From Nitrospirota bacterium (GTDB lineage Bacteria; Nitrospirota; Thermodesulfovibrionia; Thermodesulfovibrionales; JdFR-86), in NCBI GenBank assembly GCA_963721805.1, contig CAVRJY010000001.1:128001-192000 (forward strand): DNA of 64,000 nucleotides, given 5' to 3'. Positions 7,648 to 16,332 of the stretch are shown here, piece by piece. The position numbers and the translations under genes were made by a program. The notes under the pieces are model-generated. The model had not been told where the DNA came from and did no database searches. It was given only the letters and a program-made list of their open reading frames with translations. Each line of letters begins with the position of its first letter. The first letter of the stretch is position 1.

Positions 7648-8610
7648 ATGGACGAAACACTGGTAATGCGCTCTGCCGCGATCGAGGGCGCTCCGGCCGA
7701 GATCCAGGTGATCCCGTTTGGCGGCCACGAGACCACGCAGGGCAGCTTCGTGCTCGACGCCGAGGGGATCAGGCAGATCATCTCAGAGTTCGAGGCGAGA
7801 AAAAACGAGATGGTGATCGACTACGAGCACCAGACGCTCGGGGGCTCCGAGGCCCCGGCCGCCGGATGGATCAAGCGGCTTATAGATAAGGGTGCGGACG
7901 GCCTCTGGGCCTCGGTGCAGTGGACCCCGCGCGCGCTTCAGTACCTAAGGGGCCGCGAGTACCGCTACCTCTCGCCGGTGTTCATGAAGCGCATCGCTGA
8001 CGGCCGCGCGGTGCGCCTGATCAACGCCGCGCTCACAAACCAGCCAGCCATAGACGGCATGGTGCCGGTCGTAAACCGCGCCGCCGTGAACTCGCAAAAG
8101 GAAGGAGGAGGAAAGAAGATGGAAAAGATCATGGAAGCCCTCGGCCTTGATAAGGCTGCAGGGGAGGCGGAGGTCATCGCCGCAATAGGGGCGATGAAGT
8201 CACGCATCACGTCCGTGCTCGACTCTCTCGGGGTCGGGACGGACGCGACGGACCCGGAGCTTTCGGGCACCGTGGCCGCGATGAGACAGGCTTACGAGCA
8301 GCTGCCCGCGATAGCCGCGCGCCTGGCCGAGCTCGAGGCCGCGCTTGGCGGCAAAGAGTCCGCCGGGCTCGTCGAGCAGGCGATGGCCGAAGGCAAGCTC
8401 ACGCCCGCGCAGAAGGCGTGGGCCACGGACTATGCGGCCCGCGACACCGAAGGGTTCCGCGTATTCGTGGCCAAGGCCCCGGTGGTCGTCCCGGTGGCCG
8501 ACGCCCCGAGAGCCGGAGCAAGGAAGGTTCAGGCATTGGACGAGACCCAGCAAAGGGTAAACGCTCATCTCGGCATATCGGCCGAGGCATTCGGCCTTTA
8601 CGGCAAATAG
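7648..8610 (+). CDS. Mu-like prohead protease I (with nested scaffold)
   Basis: VIDYEHQT, APAAGWI, EYRYLSPVF, ALTNQPAIDGM motifs. Confidence 0.93.
   Translation: MDETLVMRSAAIEGAPAEIQVIPFGGHETTQGSFVLDAEGIRQIISEFEARKNEMVIDYEHQTLGGSEAPAAGWIKRLIDKGADGLWASVQWTPRALQYLRGREYRYLSPVFMKRIADGRAVRLINAALTNQPAIDGMVPVVNRAAVNSQKEGGGKKMEKIMEALGLDKAAGEAEVIAAIGAMKSRITSVLDSLGVGTDATDPELSGTVAAMRQAYEQLPAIAARLAELEAALGGKESAGLVEQAMAEGKLTPAQKAWATDYAARDTEGFRVFVAKAPVVVPVADAPRAGARKVQALDETQQRVNAHLGISAEAFGLYGK
8119..8610 (+). CDS. Scaffolding protein (Mu gpZ-like), internal in-frame start in protease gene
   Basis: Strong internal RBS AAGGAGGAGG (8102-8111) before in-frame ATG 8119; helical product with GKLTPAQKAWA; same nested arrangement is known for Mu I/Z. 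Confidence 0.7.
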   Translation: MEKIMEALGLDKAAGEAEVIAAIGAMKSRITSVLDSLGVGTDATDPELSGTVAAMRQAYEQLPAIAARLAELEAALGGKESAGLVEQAMAEGKLTPAQKAWATDYAARDTEGFRVFVAKAPVVVPVADAPRAGARKVQALDETQQRVNAHLGISAEAFGLYGK

Positions 8611-8622
8611 GAGGATCGGCAC

Positions 8623-9030
8623 ATGGCACTCACTTCAGACAGGAACACGCCTCGCCGTGACGGCGAGCTCGTAACTCTCCCGGTCGCGGCCGCAAAACTC
8701 ATCTACGCCGGGTCGCTGGTGGCCAGGGATTCAAGCGGCAACGCCACCCCGGGTGCGGCCGCAACCACGCTTTTGGGAGCCGGCCGCGCCGAGGCGCGTG
8801 CGGATAACTCCGGCGGCTCGGCCGGGGATATCACGGTCGACGTCCGCAAGGGCGTCTTCAGGTTCGGCAACTCCGCCTCCGCGGACGCGATCACGCGCGC
8901 GGACATCGGCGCCAGCTGCTACATCGCCGACGACCAGACGGTCGCCAAGACCAGCGGATCGAGCACGCGCTCGGTAGCCGGAACAGTCTTCGACGTGGAC
9001 TCAGACGGCGTCTGGGTCAAGTTCGAGTAA
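8623..9030 (+). CDS. Capsid decoration/cement-like protein
   Basis: MALTSDRNTPRRDG...ADIGASCYIADDQTV...DGVWV pattern; sits between protease and major capsid. Confidence 0.7.
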   Translation: MALTSDRNTPRRDGELVTLPVAAAKLIYAGSLVARDSSGNATPGAAATTLLGAGRAEARADNSGGSAGDITVDVRKGVFRFGNSASADAITRADIGASCYIADDQTVAKTSGSSTRSVAGTVFDVDSDGVWVKFE

Positions 9031-9043
9031 GGAAAGGACAGAT

Positions 9044-9922
9044 ATGATAATCAACCAGTCAGCGCTTCAGGCCCTGTACAAGGGCTTCAGGACGATATTC
9101 AACGAGTCGTTCGACGCGGTAAAGCCGCAGTACGAGGGCGTGGCGATGGTCGTGCCCTCGACCGTGCGCGAGGAGACCTACGCATGGCTCGGCGCGTTCC
9201 CGTCGATGAGGGAATGGATCGGCGAGCGGCAGGTCAGGAACCTCGACCTGCAGAGCTACAGCATCCGCAACAAGGACTGGGAGGTCACGATCGAGGTCGA
9301 CCGCAACGACCTCGAGGACGACTCGGTAGGCATCTACCGCCCGATCATAGCCGAGCTCGGCCGCTCGGCCGCGATGCACCCCGACGCGCTCGTATTCGGG
9401 TTAATGGGCACCGGGTTTTCCACCGCGTGCTACGACGGGCAGTACTTCTTCGACTCCGCCCACCCGGTAGGCTCCGCCACGGTGAGCAACACCGGCGGGG
9501 GCTCGGGCTCGGCCTGGTATCTGCTCGATACGACGCGCTCTCTGAAGCCTTTCATCTTCCAGTCGAGGCGCGACGTGGAGTTCGTCTCGAAGGACCGGCC
9601 GGACGACGAGCAGGTCTTCATGCGCAAGAAGTACGTCTATGGCGTCGACAGGCGCGACAACGCCGGGTTCGGGCTCTGGCAGCTGGCGTACGGATCGAAG
9701 CAGACGCTGGACGCGGCGAGCTACTCGGCCGCACGCGCCGCGATGATGGCGTACACGGACAGCGAGGGCAAGCCGCTCGGGATCACGCCCAGCGTGCTCG
9801 TCGTGCCGCCTTCTTTGGAGGGCGCTGCGCGCGCGATCGTGACGGCCGAGCGCGACGCCTCGGGCGAGACGAACCCCTGGTTCAATACCGCCGGGCTCCT
9901 CGTGAGCCCGTGGCTTGGGTAG
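9044..9922 (+). CDS. Mu-like major head subunit gpT
   Basis: YAWLGAFPSMREWIGER, DGQYFFDSAHPV, WYLLDTTRSLKPFIFQ, GFGLWQLAYGS motifs. Confidence 0.95.
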   Translation: MIINQSALQALYKGFRTIFNESFDAVKPQYEGVAMVVPSTVREETYAWLGAFPSMREWIGERQVRNLDLQSYSIRNKDWEVTIEVDRNDLEDDSVGIYRPIIAELGRSAAMHPDALVFGLMGTGFSTACYDGQYFFDSAHPVGSATVSNTGGGSGSAWYLLDTTRSLKPFIFQSRRDVEFVSKDRPDDEQVFMRKKYVYGVDRRDNAGFGLWQLAYGSKQTLDAASYSAARAAMMAYTDSEGKPLGITPSVLVVPPSLEGAARAIVTAERDASGETNPWFNTAGLLVSPWLG

Positions 9923-9928
9923 ACCCCG

Positions 9929-10360
9929 ATGCCCTACAGCACCCTTGATGAGATCGTAAAGCTCCTGCCTGAGGCAACGCTTATCGAGCTTACGGACGAC
10001 ACGGGCGCCGGTACGGTCGACGGGGCGGTCGTCGCCGAGGCCATAGCCCAGGCCGACGCGGAGATCGACTCTTACTGTGGGGGGCGCTACGGCGTCCCCC
10101 TCAGCCCCGTCCCCGAGATCGCAAAAAAGCTCTCGGCGGACATCGCGCTCTATCACCTGTATTCGCGCCGCGTGGCCCAGATGCCGGAGGCCCGCAAGGA
10201 CCGCTACAAAGACGCGGTGCGCCTGCTTGAGGGCATCGCCAAAGGCGCGGTCACGCTGGGCGCCGATACGCCCGCTTCATCGGGGCAGCCGGGCACGGCC
10301 GAGACGAACAGGCCGGACGACGAAAACACATTCACCCGCGACTCGATGCTCGGGTTCTAA
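9929..10360 (+). CDS. Head-tail connector (Mu gp36 / DUF1320)
   Basis: MPYST, ADAEIDSYCGGRY, DIALYHLY, RYKDAVRLLEGIAKG. Confidence 0.9.
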   Translation: MPYSTLDEIVKLLPEATLIELTDDTGAGTVDGAVVAEAIAQADAEIDSYCGGRYGVPLSPVPEIAKKLSADIALYHLYSRRVAQMPEARKDRYKDAVRLLEGIAKGAVTLGADTPASSGQPGTAETNRPDDENTFTRDSMLGF

Positions 10361-10419
10361 GAAAGAAGGAGACGCTCACAATGCCTGTAAACGACGCATA
10401 TAAGGCCGGGGCATAGCGC

Positions 10420-12924
10420 ATGTCCATCTCGATAGCCTTCCCGCCCGTCTCGGGCTGGGCCCTTTCGGATCCGGCGAAGCTGCTGCTGGCGGGCAACTCA
10501 AGCCGCATGCAGCTCGCCCTGCTGGACGACTTCGCGAACGGCTCGATGGGCGGGCAGTGGAGCGTGGCGACATCCGGGTACTGGGGCCTCTCGACCACCG
10601 GCTCCATCACGGAAGCAGGCGGCGTGCTCGGCATCTCGCACCCCGGCTCCGGCTCGCAGCAGACGCGCGCGTGGGTGACGCCGAACATACTGTCGGGCGA
10701 CTTCGACATCCAGATAGACGTCGCCTCCTTCACTGGCGGCGGCGGTGACGCAGGGATGAAGTTCGGCTTCTACATCGACGCCGGCAATTACTTTTACCTC
10801 AACGCCTACGGCCCGAACTCGGCCTCTATTGCGTACTTCAGCACCATACGCCACGGAGGCGCCAACACGACCGCCAGCTCGGCGTTCGCCGGAGCCGCAT
10901 CGGGCAGGCTCAGGATAGTGCGCGCCGGGACTGCGGTTACCGTTTACTATTACTCAGGCGGATGGGTGCAGCAGAACTCCTATGCCGGCTGCTCGACGTC
11001 CTCCGGCGCGGTGACGCTCAACGGCTGGTGGACATCGGGGGCGTCATGGAACGCCGCGCTTGACAACTTCACGATAAACAGCGGGGCATACGGGGGCGTC
11101 ATGTTCTGCCCGTCCGATTCCCCCACCGCCGAGAGCCCGTGGATAGCGTTGCCGTGCAAGACGCTCGATGCGAGCGCGGCGGTAGCGGCGTTTGAGAACA
11201 CCCAGGGCGGCTCGGGAAACATAAAGTACCAGTACGCGCTTAATAACGGCTCGTACAACGGCTCGTGGCTTACGAAGTCCGGCCTCAACGGCTCGCTTGC
11301 CTCCGCCTCGATCACGGACCCGGCAAACAGCATCAGGCTCAAGGCGCAGCTCAACAGCGACGGCACTCAGATGGCGGATTTCGCGCCCGGATGCATCACA
11401 GCGGGCGATCTCGATTATCCGGCCTCAGGCGACGTAAAAAACGGCGTGGCGTATGCGCTCGGGCAGTACACCGGGACTTACTCGGGCGGAGGGAGCTGCG
11501 ACTACCCCGCGGTTGAGGACGTGCGCGAGGGCGTAAGTTATAACGGCGGCCTGAGCACAGGGACACTCGACCTGCCTTCGATATCCGACGTGCGCCACGC
11601 GACGGCGTTTGACCACAATACAAAGACCGGCACGGCCTATATCCCGGCCGCGGCGGACGTGCGCTCCGGGACGAACGTGGACGCCACGGCCGGGACTCTC
11701 AACCTCCCGGCAGTGGCCGACGTGCGTGCGGCTACGGCCTTCGACGGAGGCACGAAGACCGGCCTGCTCGATCTGCCATCGATATCCGACGTGCGCCACG
11801 CAACGGCGTTTGACCACAACACGAAGACCGGCACGGCCTATATCCCGGCCGCAGGCGACACGCGCTTCGGCGTCGCCGTCGATAGCGGAAGCGGCAGTTG
11901 CAGGGTGCCGTCAAAGGCCGATGTCCGTGCAGGCGTGGCAGTGGACGTCAGCGATACCGGCCAGATCGACCTCCCGGCCGCATCGGATGTACGAAGCGGC
12001 GTGGCCTATGACCACAACGCCCAGACCGGCACGTACGAAGCACCGGCCTGCGATTACCCGCAGGCCGCGGATGTACGCGACGGAGTCAGTTATGACTTCG
12101 GGGCGCTGACCGGCACGCTGGCAGCCGAGACTTGCGACTACCCGCAGGCCGCGGATGTCCGCGACGGGGTCAGTTATGACCATGGCGGACTTGTCGGCAC
12201 GCTGGCAGCCGGGACTTGCGACTACCCGCAGGCCGCGGACGTACGCGACGGGGTCAGTTATGACCATGGCGGACTTGTCGGCACGCTGGCAGCCGGGGCT
12301 TGCGACTACCCGCAGGCTGCGGACGTACGCGACGGGGTCAGTTATGACTTCGGGGCGCTGACCGGCACGCTGGCAGCCGGGACTTGCGACTACCCGCAGG
12401 CCGCGGATGTCCGCGACGGGGTAAGTTATGACTTCGGGGCGCTGACCGGCACGGCGGCGTTGCGGGGCTCTGCCCCGGCGCAGCTCCAGAGTTTCCGGGA
12501 CATAGAGGCCGCGATCATCTCGAAGCTCAAAAGCGATGTCCCGGCCCTGCGCACGGTCGAGTCCTGGGCCGGTCAGATCGCGGACCGGATAGATTCGCTT
12601 ACGGTGCCGCTTCCGGCCGCGTTCGTTTCATACGGGGGCTCGGGCTTCAGCCCCATAGACGGCCCCTCGCACCGCGAGCAGCCCGCCTTTACGGTGCTCG
12701 TCGCGGCTCGCAGCATGCGCGGCGACGGCTCCGAGCGCACATCGGCAAACGGGGCGTACGGGCTCGTGCAATCCGTGCTCTCGGCGCTCGCCAACGAGGA
12801 CTTCGGATATAGCGGCCTTGAGCGGCTCGCGCCCTCGCGCGTGGCGCTCATAGCGAGCGAGGGCGGCGCGGCTGTATACGGAGTTACGTTTCAGACCGCG
12901 TTTGACACGCAATACAACTGGTAA
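10420..12924 (+). CDS. 834-aa fusion: beta-rich lectin-like domain + 14 fibre-like repeats + C-terminal Mu gp37/DUF1834-like domain
   Basis: Gly/Ser/aromatic-rich N-terminus; repeats P-x3-DVR-x-G-x2-YD-x4-TGT; last ~150 aa (DIEAAIISKLK...VESWAGQ...PAAFVSYGG...GAYGLV) resemble gp37 and occupy its syntenic slot. Confidence 0.7.
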   Translation: MSISIAFPPVSGWALSDPAKLLLAGNSSRMQLALLDDFANGSMGGQWSVATSGYWGLSTTGSITEAGGVLGISHPGSGSQQTRAWVTPNILSGDFDIQIDVASFTGGGGDAGMKFGFYIDAGNYFYLNAYGPNSASIAYFSTIRHGGANTTASSAFAGAASGRLRIVRAGTAVTVYYYSGGWVQQNSYAGCSTSSGAVTLNGWWTSGASWNAALDNFTINSGAYGGVMFCPSDSPTAESPWIALPCKTLDASAAVAAFENTQGGSGNIKYQYALNNGSYNGSWLTKSGLNGSLASASITDPANSIRLKAQLNSDGTQMADFAPGCITAGDLDYPASGDVKNGVAYALGQYTGTYSGGGSCDYPAVEDVREGVSYNGGLSTGTLDLPSISDVRHATAFDHNTKTGTAYIPAAADVRSGTNVDATAGTLNLPAVADVRAATAFDGGTKTGLLDLPSISDVRHATAFDHNTKTGTAYIPAAGDTRFGVAVDSGSGSCRVPSKADVRAGVAVDVSDTGQIDLPAASDVRSGVAYDHNAQTGTYEAPACDYPQAADVRDGVSYDFGALTGTLAAETCDYPQAADVRDGVSYDHGGLVGTLAAGTCDYPQAADVRDGVSYDHGGLVGTLAAGACDYPQAADVRDGVSYDFGALTGTLAAGTCDYPQAADVRDGVSYDFGALTGTAALRGSAPAQLQSFRDIEAAIISKLKSDVPALRTVESWAGQIADRIDSLTVPLPAAFVSYGGSGFSPIDGPSHREQPAFTVLVAARSMRGDGSERTSANGAYGLVQSVLSALANEDFGYSGLERLAPSRVALIASEGGAAVYGVTFQTAFDTQYNW
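12049..12453 (+). repeat. Five tandem 84-bp coding repeats (CDYPQAADVRDGVSYD...)
   Basis: Units start at 12049, 12133, 12217, 12301, 12385; near-identical at nucleotide level. Confidence 0.95.
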
Positions 12925-12940
12925 CGAGGAGAGACAAGAA

Positions 12941-13984
12941 ATGGGCATAAGCGCATCAGGGACCGAGCTTCGGGCGGCGGCCGCGAGGGCCGCGATATGG
13001 GGCACGGCGGTTCAGTGCGGCGCGGCGGACGGGGTGCTCGTCCTTCCGTCGGAGATCAAGAAGACCCGCGAGGCCCTCGCGGAGGACTCGCTCGGCACGC
13101 TGTTTTCGAATTCGTCGGACGCAGGTGCGGTAAAGGTCGAGGGCGAGCTCAAGGCCTACCTGCGCTACGACGGGCTGGACCTCCTGCTGGCGCTCGCGAT
13201 GGGCGCAACCGGAGGGGCTCCGGTGCGGCAGGGGACGAGCGCGGCCTACGGCCAGACGCTTAAGTTAAACGGCTCGCTCGACGGCCTGTTTGCCACGCTC
13301 GCGATCAACAACGGCGTGAACGTCGACGAGTTTGCGTCGGTGAAGCTCAGCGGGTTTCAGATCAAGGGCGAGGCCGGAAAGCCTGTCGAGGCCACGTTCA
13401 GCCTGATCGCGAACGACCGCACGACCGGCTCGACCGTCAACACCACAGCGACGTTCAGCGCGGTCACGGATTTTGAGACATCAAACCGCACCCTGTTCAG
13501 CCAGGCCGTGTTCCGTTGCAACGCCCGCTTTGGCGCGGCGCTCGCCGATACCGACAGGATATACCCCTCGGCCTTCACGCTTAAGTTCGTCAGAAAGCTC
13601 CTTGGCGTGCGCACGCTGGGCTCGGGAGCGGATACGGTCGACGAGCCTTCAAACGACGGCCTGCCGGACTGCACGCTATCGCTGACGTTCCCGCGCTACA
13701 CCGGGGCCACGCACTTCGCGGACTGGGACGCGGCCGCGCCCAAGAAGCTCGACCTCGCGTTTACGGGCGCGGTGATCGAGGGCTCATACCGGCGCGCGCT
13801 GAGGTTTTCGTTCCCGAACCTCGCGTACAAGGGCGTCGAGCTCCCGATCAGGCGCGGCCTGCTCGAGCACCCGGTCGAATTTATATGCCTCGGCACGGAG
13901 CTGGCCTCCTCCGGGATGGACGGGATCATGGAGCCCTTCGGGCTTGAGCTCGTAAACCGCCAAAGCGCGGACGTGCTCGGATAG
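12941..13984 (+). CDS. Tail tube (major tail) protein, non-contractile type
   Basis: ATG 12941 after GAGGAG; beta-rich 347-aa protein after gp37 slot and before chaperones; no sheath gene in cluster. Confidence 0.7.
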   Translation: MGISASGTELRAAAARAAIWGTAVQCGAADGVLVLPSEIKKTREALAEDSLGTLFSNSSDAGAVKVEGELKAYLRYDGLDLLLALAMGATGGAPVRQGTSAAYGQTLKLNGSLDGLFATLAINNGVNVDEFASVKLSGFQIKGEAGKPVEATFSLIANDRTTGSTVNTTATFSAVTDFETSNRTLFSQAVFRCNARFGAALADTDRIYPSAFTLKFVRKLLGVRTLGSGADTVDEPSNDGLPDCTLSLTFPRYTGATHFADWDAAAPKKLDLAFTGAVIEGSYRRALRFSFPNLAYKGVELPIRRGLLEHPVEFICLGTELASSGMDGIMEPFGLELVNRQSADVLG

Positions 13985-13988
13985 GGCG

Positions 13989-14405
13989 ATGGATATCGAG
14001 GCCCTGGAGAGCGACGACTATGCGGTGTGGGTAAGGTTCATGGACGCCGAGGTGCTCGTGCGCCACGTCCCGGCCGGCGAGCTCCTGTCTATCCGGGAGC
14101 GCAGCCTGAGGCGGGCGTGGGACATCTCGAGCGGGGGCCGGCCGGCCGAGGGCATCGATGCGGCCGAGGCTGCCAGGCTGCTGGGCCGGGCGGCGGTGCG
14201 CGGCTGGCGCGGCCTGAGCATGCGCGGCGAGGACTACCCCTACTCGCCCGAGCGGTGCGACTTCCTTATGGCGCGCTGGGCCGAGTTCGGGCGGTTCGTA
14301 AACGAGGCCGCGACGAGCCTTGCGCGCCTCGCTGAAGCACAGCGGAGGGACGAGTCAAAAAACTCCTCTCTCACATCCGGGCCCGGCTCGACTTCCCGGG
14401 TGTGA
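13989..14405 (+). CDS. Tail assembly chaperone (lambda G-like)
   Basis: VRGWRGL...YPYSPE...ESKN motif; follows tube gene; contains A AAA AAC slippery site. Confidence 0.8.
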   Translation: MDIEALESDDYAVWVRFMDAEVLVRHVPAGELLSIRERSLRRAWDISSGGRPAEGIDAAEAARLLGRAAVRGWRGLSMRGEDYPYSPERCDFLMARWAEFGRFVNEAATSLARLAEAQRRDESKNSSLTSGPGSTSRV

Positions 14406-14644
14406 GCTGCGCTTCATGCCGGGAGATAGAGGCATTGGATCAGGTCAGGCCGGACTGCGAGAGCGGCGGCTGCCCGATCCCTCGGGCAACGGGGCGCGGC
14501 ATGCGGGCGGTCGCCCTCAGGTCGATGATAAGGCGGCTTAAGCGGATAGTCCCTGCGGGCGAGGTGCTCCGCCTGATGGGCGCGACGGCGCGTGACCTCG
14601 AGTTGCTGGCCCTGATCGAGGACGAGATAGGAGGCAGGGGATGA
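14357..14644 (+). CDS. Frameshift extension of tail chaperone (lambda GT-like), Cys-rich
   Basis: -1 slip at A AAA AAC (14357-14363) enters open frame KKLLSHIRARLDFPGVSCASCRE...DCESGGCP, identical to ORF 14402-14644. Confidence 0.8.
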   Translation, partial: KKLLSHIRARLDFPGVSCASCREIEALDQVRPDCESGGCPIPRATGRGMRAVALRSMIRRLKRIVPAGEVLRLMGATARDLELLALIEDEIGGRG

Positions 14645-15048
14645 TAAACATCGAAAGCGACATGGACAAGCTCGCGGCCGCGATCGGCACCGGCGCGTTG
14701 GGCGCGATAGTCGAGAGTGTGACCGAAGAGGCAAAGGCGCTCGCCCCTGGCCGCAGCGGCACCCTTAGGGACTCGATAGAGGGATTCATAACCGGCGCTG
14801 GGTCGGGCTCGATAGACGCGGCTGCGCCCTATGCCTCGTTCGTGCACGACGGCACAGGGCTTTACGGGCCGTCCGGTGCGGCATATGCCGTAAGCGCGCG
14901 CATTAAAAAGGCCCTGTGCTGGCCGGGTGCGAGCCACCCCGTGCGCACGGTGACCGTGCGCGGCATCGAGGGCAGGGAGTTCATCACCCGGGCGCTCGAG
15001 GGCCCGGCACCGGATCAGGCAGTGCAAGGGCTGATCGACAGACTATAG
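14641..15048 (+). CDS. HK97 gp10-like neck/tail completion protein
   Basis: APGRSGTLRDSI, YASFVHDGTG, KKALCW, GIEGREFITRAL motifs. Confidence 0.8.
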   Translation: MINIESDMDKLAAAIGTGALGAIVESVTEEAKALAPGRSGTLRDSIEGFITGAGSGSIDAAAPYASFVHDGTGLYGPSGAAYAVSARIKKALCWPGASHPVRTVTVRGIEGREFITRALEGPAPDQAVQGLIDRL

Positions 15049-15061
15049 AGGAGGCAACCAG

Positions 15062-15595
15062 ATGGCTGAAGTGGTTATAAACATCAAGGCCGAGGACGCC
15101 GCGACCCCGGTGATCGAGGCGATCTCGGCGACGCTCGACGCGCTCGGCGCCGGGCTCGCGGCGATGGACAGCGGGCTTAGCAAGACCCTCACGCTCGACG
15201 TCTCGGGCGCGCTTTACGGTGCGGCCGAGGTAGCCTCGGCCATCGGCGCGATACCGGACGTGACCGAGAAGAGCGTGGTCATCGAGTACCAGACGATGGC
15301 CTCTCCGGTGAGGCCGTTTACCGAGGGCATCGCGTACATAAAGGACAAGATGGACTCGCTCCCGACCGAGGGCTCATACACCGTGAAGTATGCGACCGAT
15401 GGCTCACCGGCGCAGGGGCAACCGAATGTGCCGGCGCAGCCGGGGCCGGTCACGTTCTCGCCGGTGATCAACGTCAACGCCCAGGCGGGCGGGGCTGCCG
15501 CGGATGCCGCCTCGTTGGCGCGCTCGCTCGATGAGGAGCTTGCGCGGATGTGGCGGACCAACCGCTCGGAACTTAGGAGGGCAGCCACCCTATGA
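15062..15595 (+). CDS. Very short tape measure-like protein (177 aa)
   Basis: TMP-type N-terminus (VVINIKAEDAATPVI) and C-terminus (VTFSPVINVNA...LARSLDEELARM); syntenic slot; strong RBS. Confidence 0.7.
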   Translation: MAEVVINIKAEDAATPVIEAISATLDALGAGLAAMDSGLSKTLTLDVSGALYGAAEVASAIGAIPDVTEKSVVIEYQTMASPVRPFTEGIAYIKDKMDSLPTEGSYTVKYATDGSPAQGQPNVPAQPGPVTFSPVINVNAQAGGAAADAASLARSLDEELARMWRTNRSELRRAATL

Positions 15596-16332
15596 GCGCG
15601 ATAATCACGGCATGGCAAAACCTGCTCGAAAGCTCAACCGTTACGCTTACGGCCGGCGCGGAGGACCCGGACTACCCGCTATACCGCCTCTGCGACCGCA
15701 ATACCGGGCGCGCGTTTCGCTCAAGCGCAGCCGGAACGCTCGAGATCTCGATAGACCAGGGCGCATCGGGCGCGATGGCCGCAGACCGCCTCCTGATCCC
15801 CTCCGGCCACAACCTTGGCGGTATGACGCTCGACCTGCTCCACTCAGGCGACGGTGTCGCATATATCTCCGCCACGCCGCAGTGGACCGGCGCTGACGGA
15901 GTTATCGAGATGTCATGGGCGCCGCTCACCGCGCGGTACTGGAAGTTCAGGGTCACAGCGCCATCGGTGGCGCCCTCGCTGGGCGAACTGTTCCTGAGCA
16001 GCTCGTACGAGTGGGAGCGCCAGCCAGCGCGGCCCTCCGGCGCGATGGACACGGAGTTTAACGCGCTAAGCGATACGACCTCCTCGGGCGAGGACAGATT
16101 CCTGGTGATGGGCCAGCCCAAGAGGCGGCGCACCTACCGGGTGCCGCGCTGCGGCGCGGCGATGCGCGATGAGATCGAGGCGCTCTATGGCGCATGGGCC
16201 GGGGCATATCCGTTTTGGATGCGGGACCACGAGGGCTCCTGGATATTCGGGCGGATCGTCTCGCCGCCCCAGATAGCGGAGCAGGGGCCCGGAGCATGGG
16301 GCTTCTCGCTCGACTTCAGGGAGGTCTTATGA
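15592..16332 (+). CDS. Distal tail (Dit)-like protein
   Basis: ATGA-coupled to TMP-like gene; beta-rich N-domain (RYWKFRV) and C-terminal GAYPFW...FSLDFREV. Confidence 0.6.
   Translation: MSAIITAWQNLLESSTVTLTAGAEDPDYPLYRLCDRNTGRAFRSSAAGTLEISIDQGASGAMAADRLLIPSGHNLGGMTLDLLHSGDGVAYISATPQWTGADGVIEMSWAPLTARYWKFRVTAPSVAPSLGELFLSSSYEWERQPARPSGAMDTEFNALSDTTSSGEDRFLVMGQPKRRRTYRVPRCGAAMRDEIEALYGAWAGAYPFWMRDHEGSWIFGRIVSPPQIAEQGPGAWGFSLDFREVL

Noticed and set aside
12049..12453. Possible CRISPR array or DGR template/variable repeat
   Set aside because: Units are contiguous 84-bp in-frame coding repeats without unique spacers; no cas or reverse transcriptase gene in window; differences are not adenine-specific
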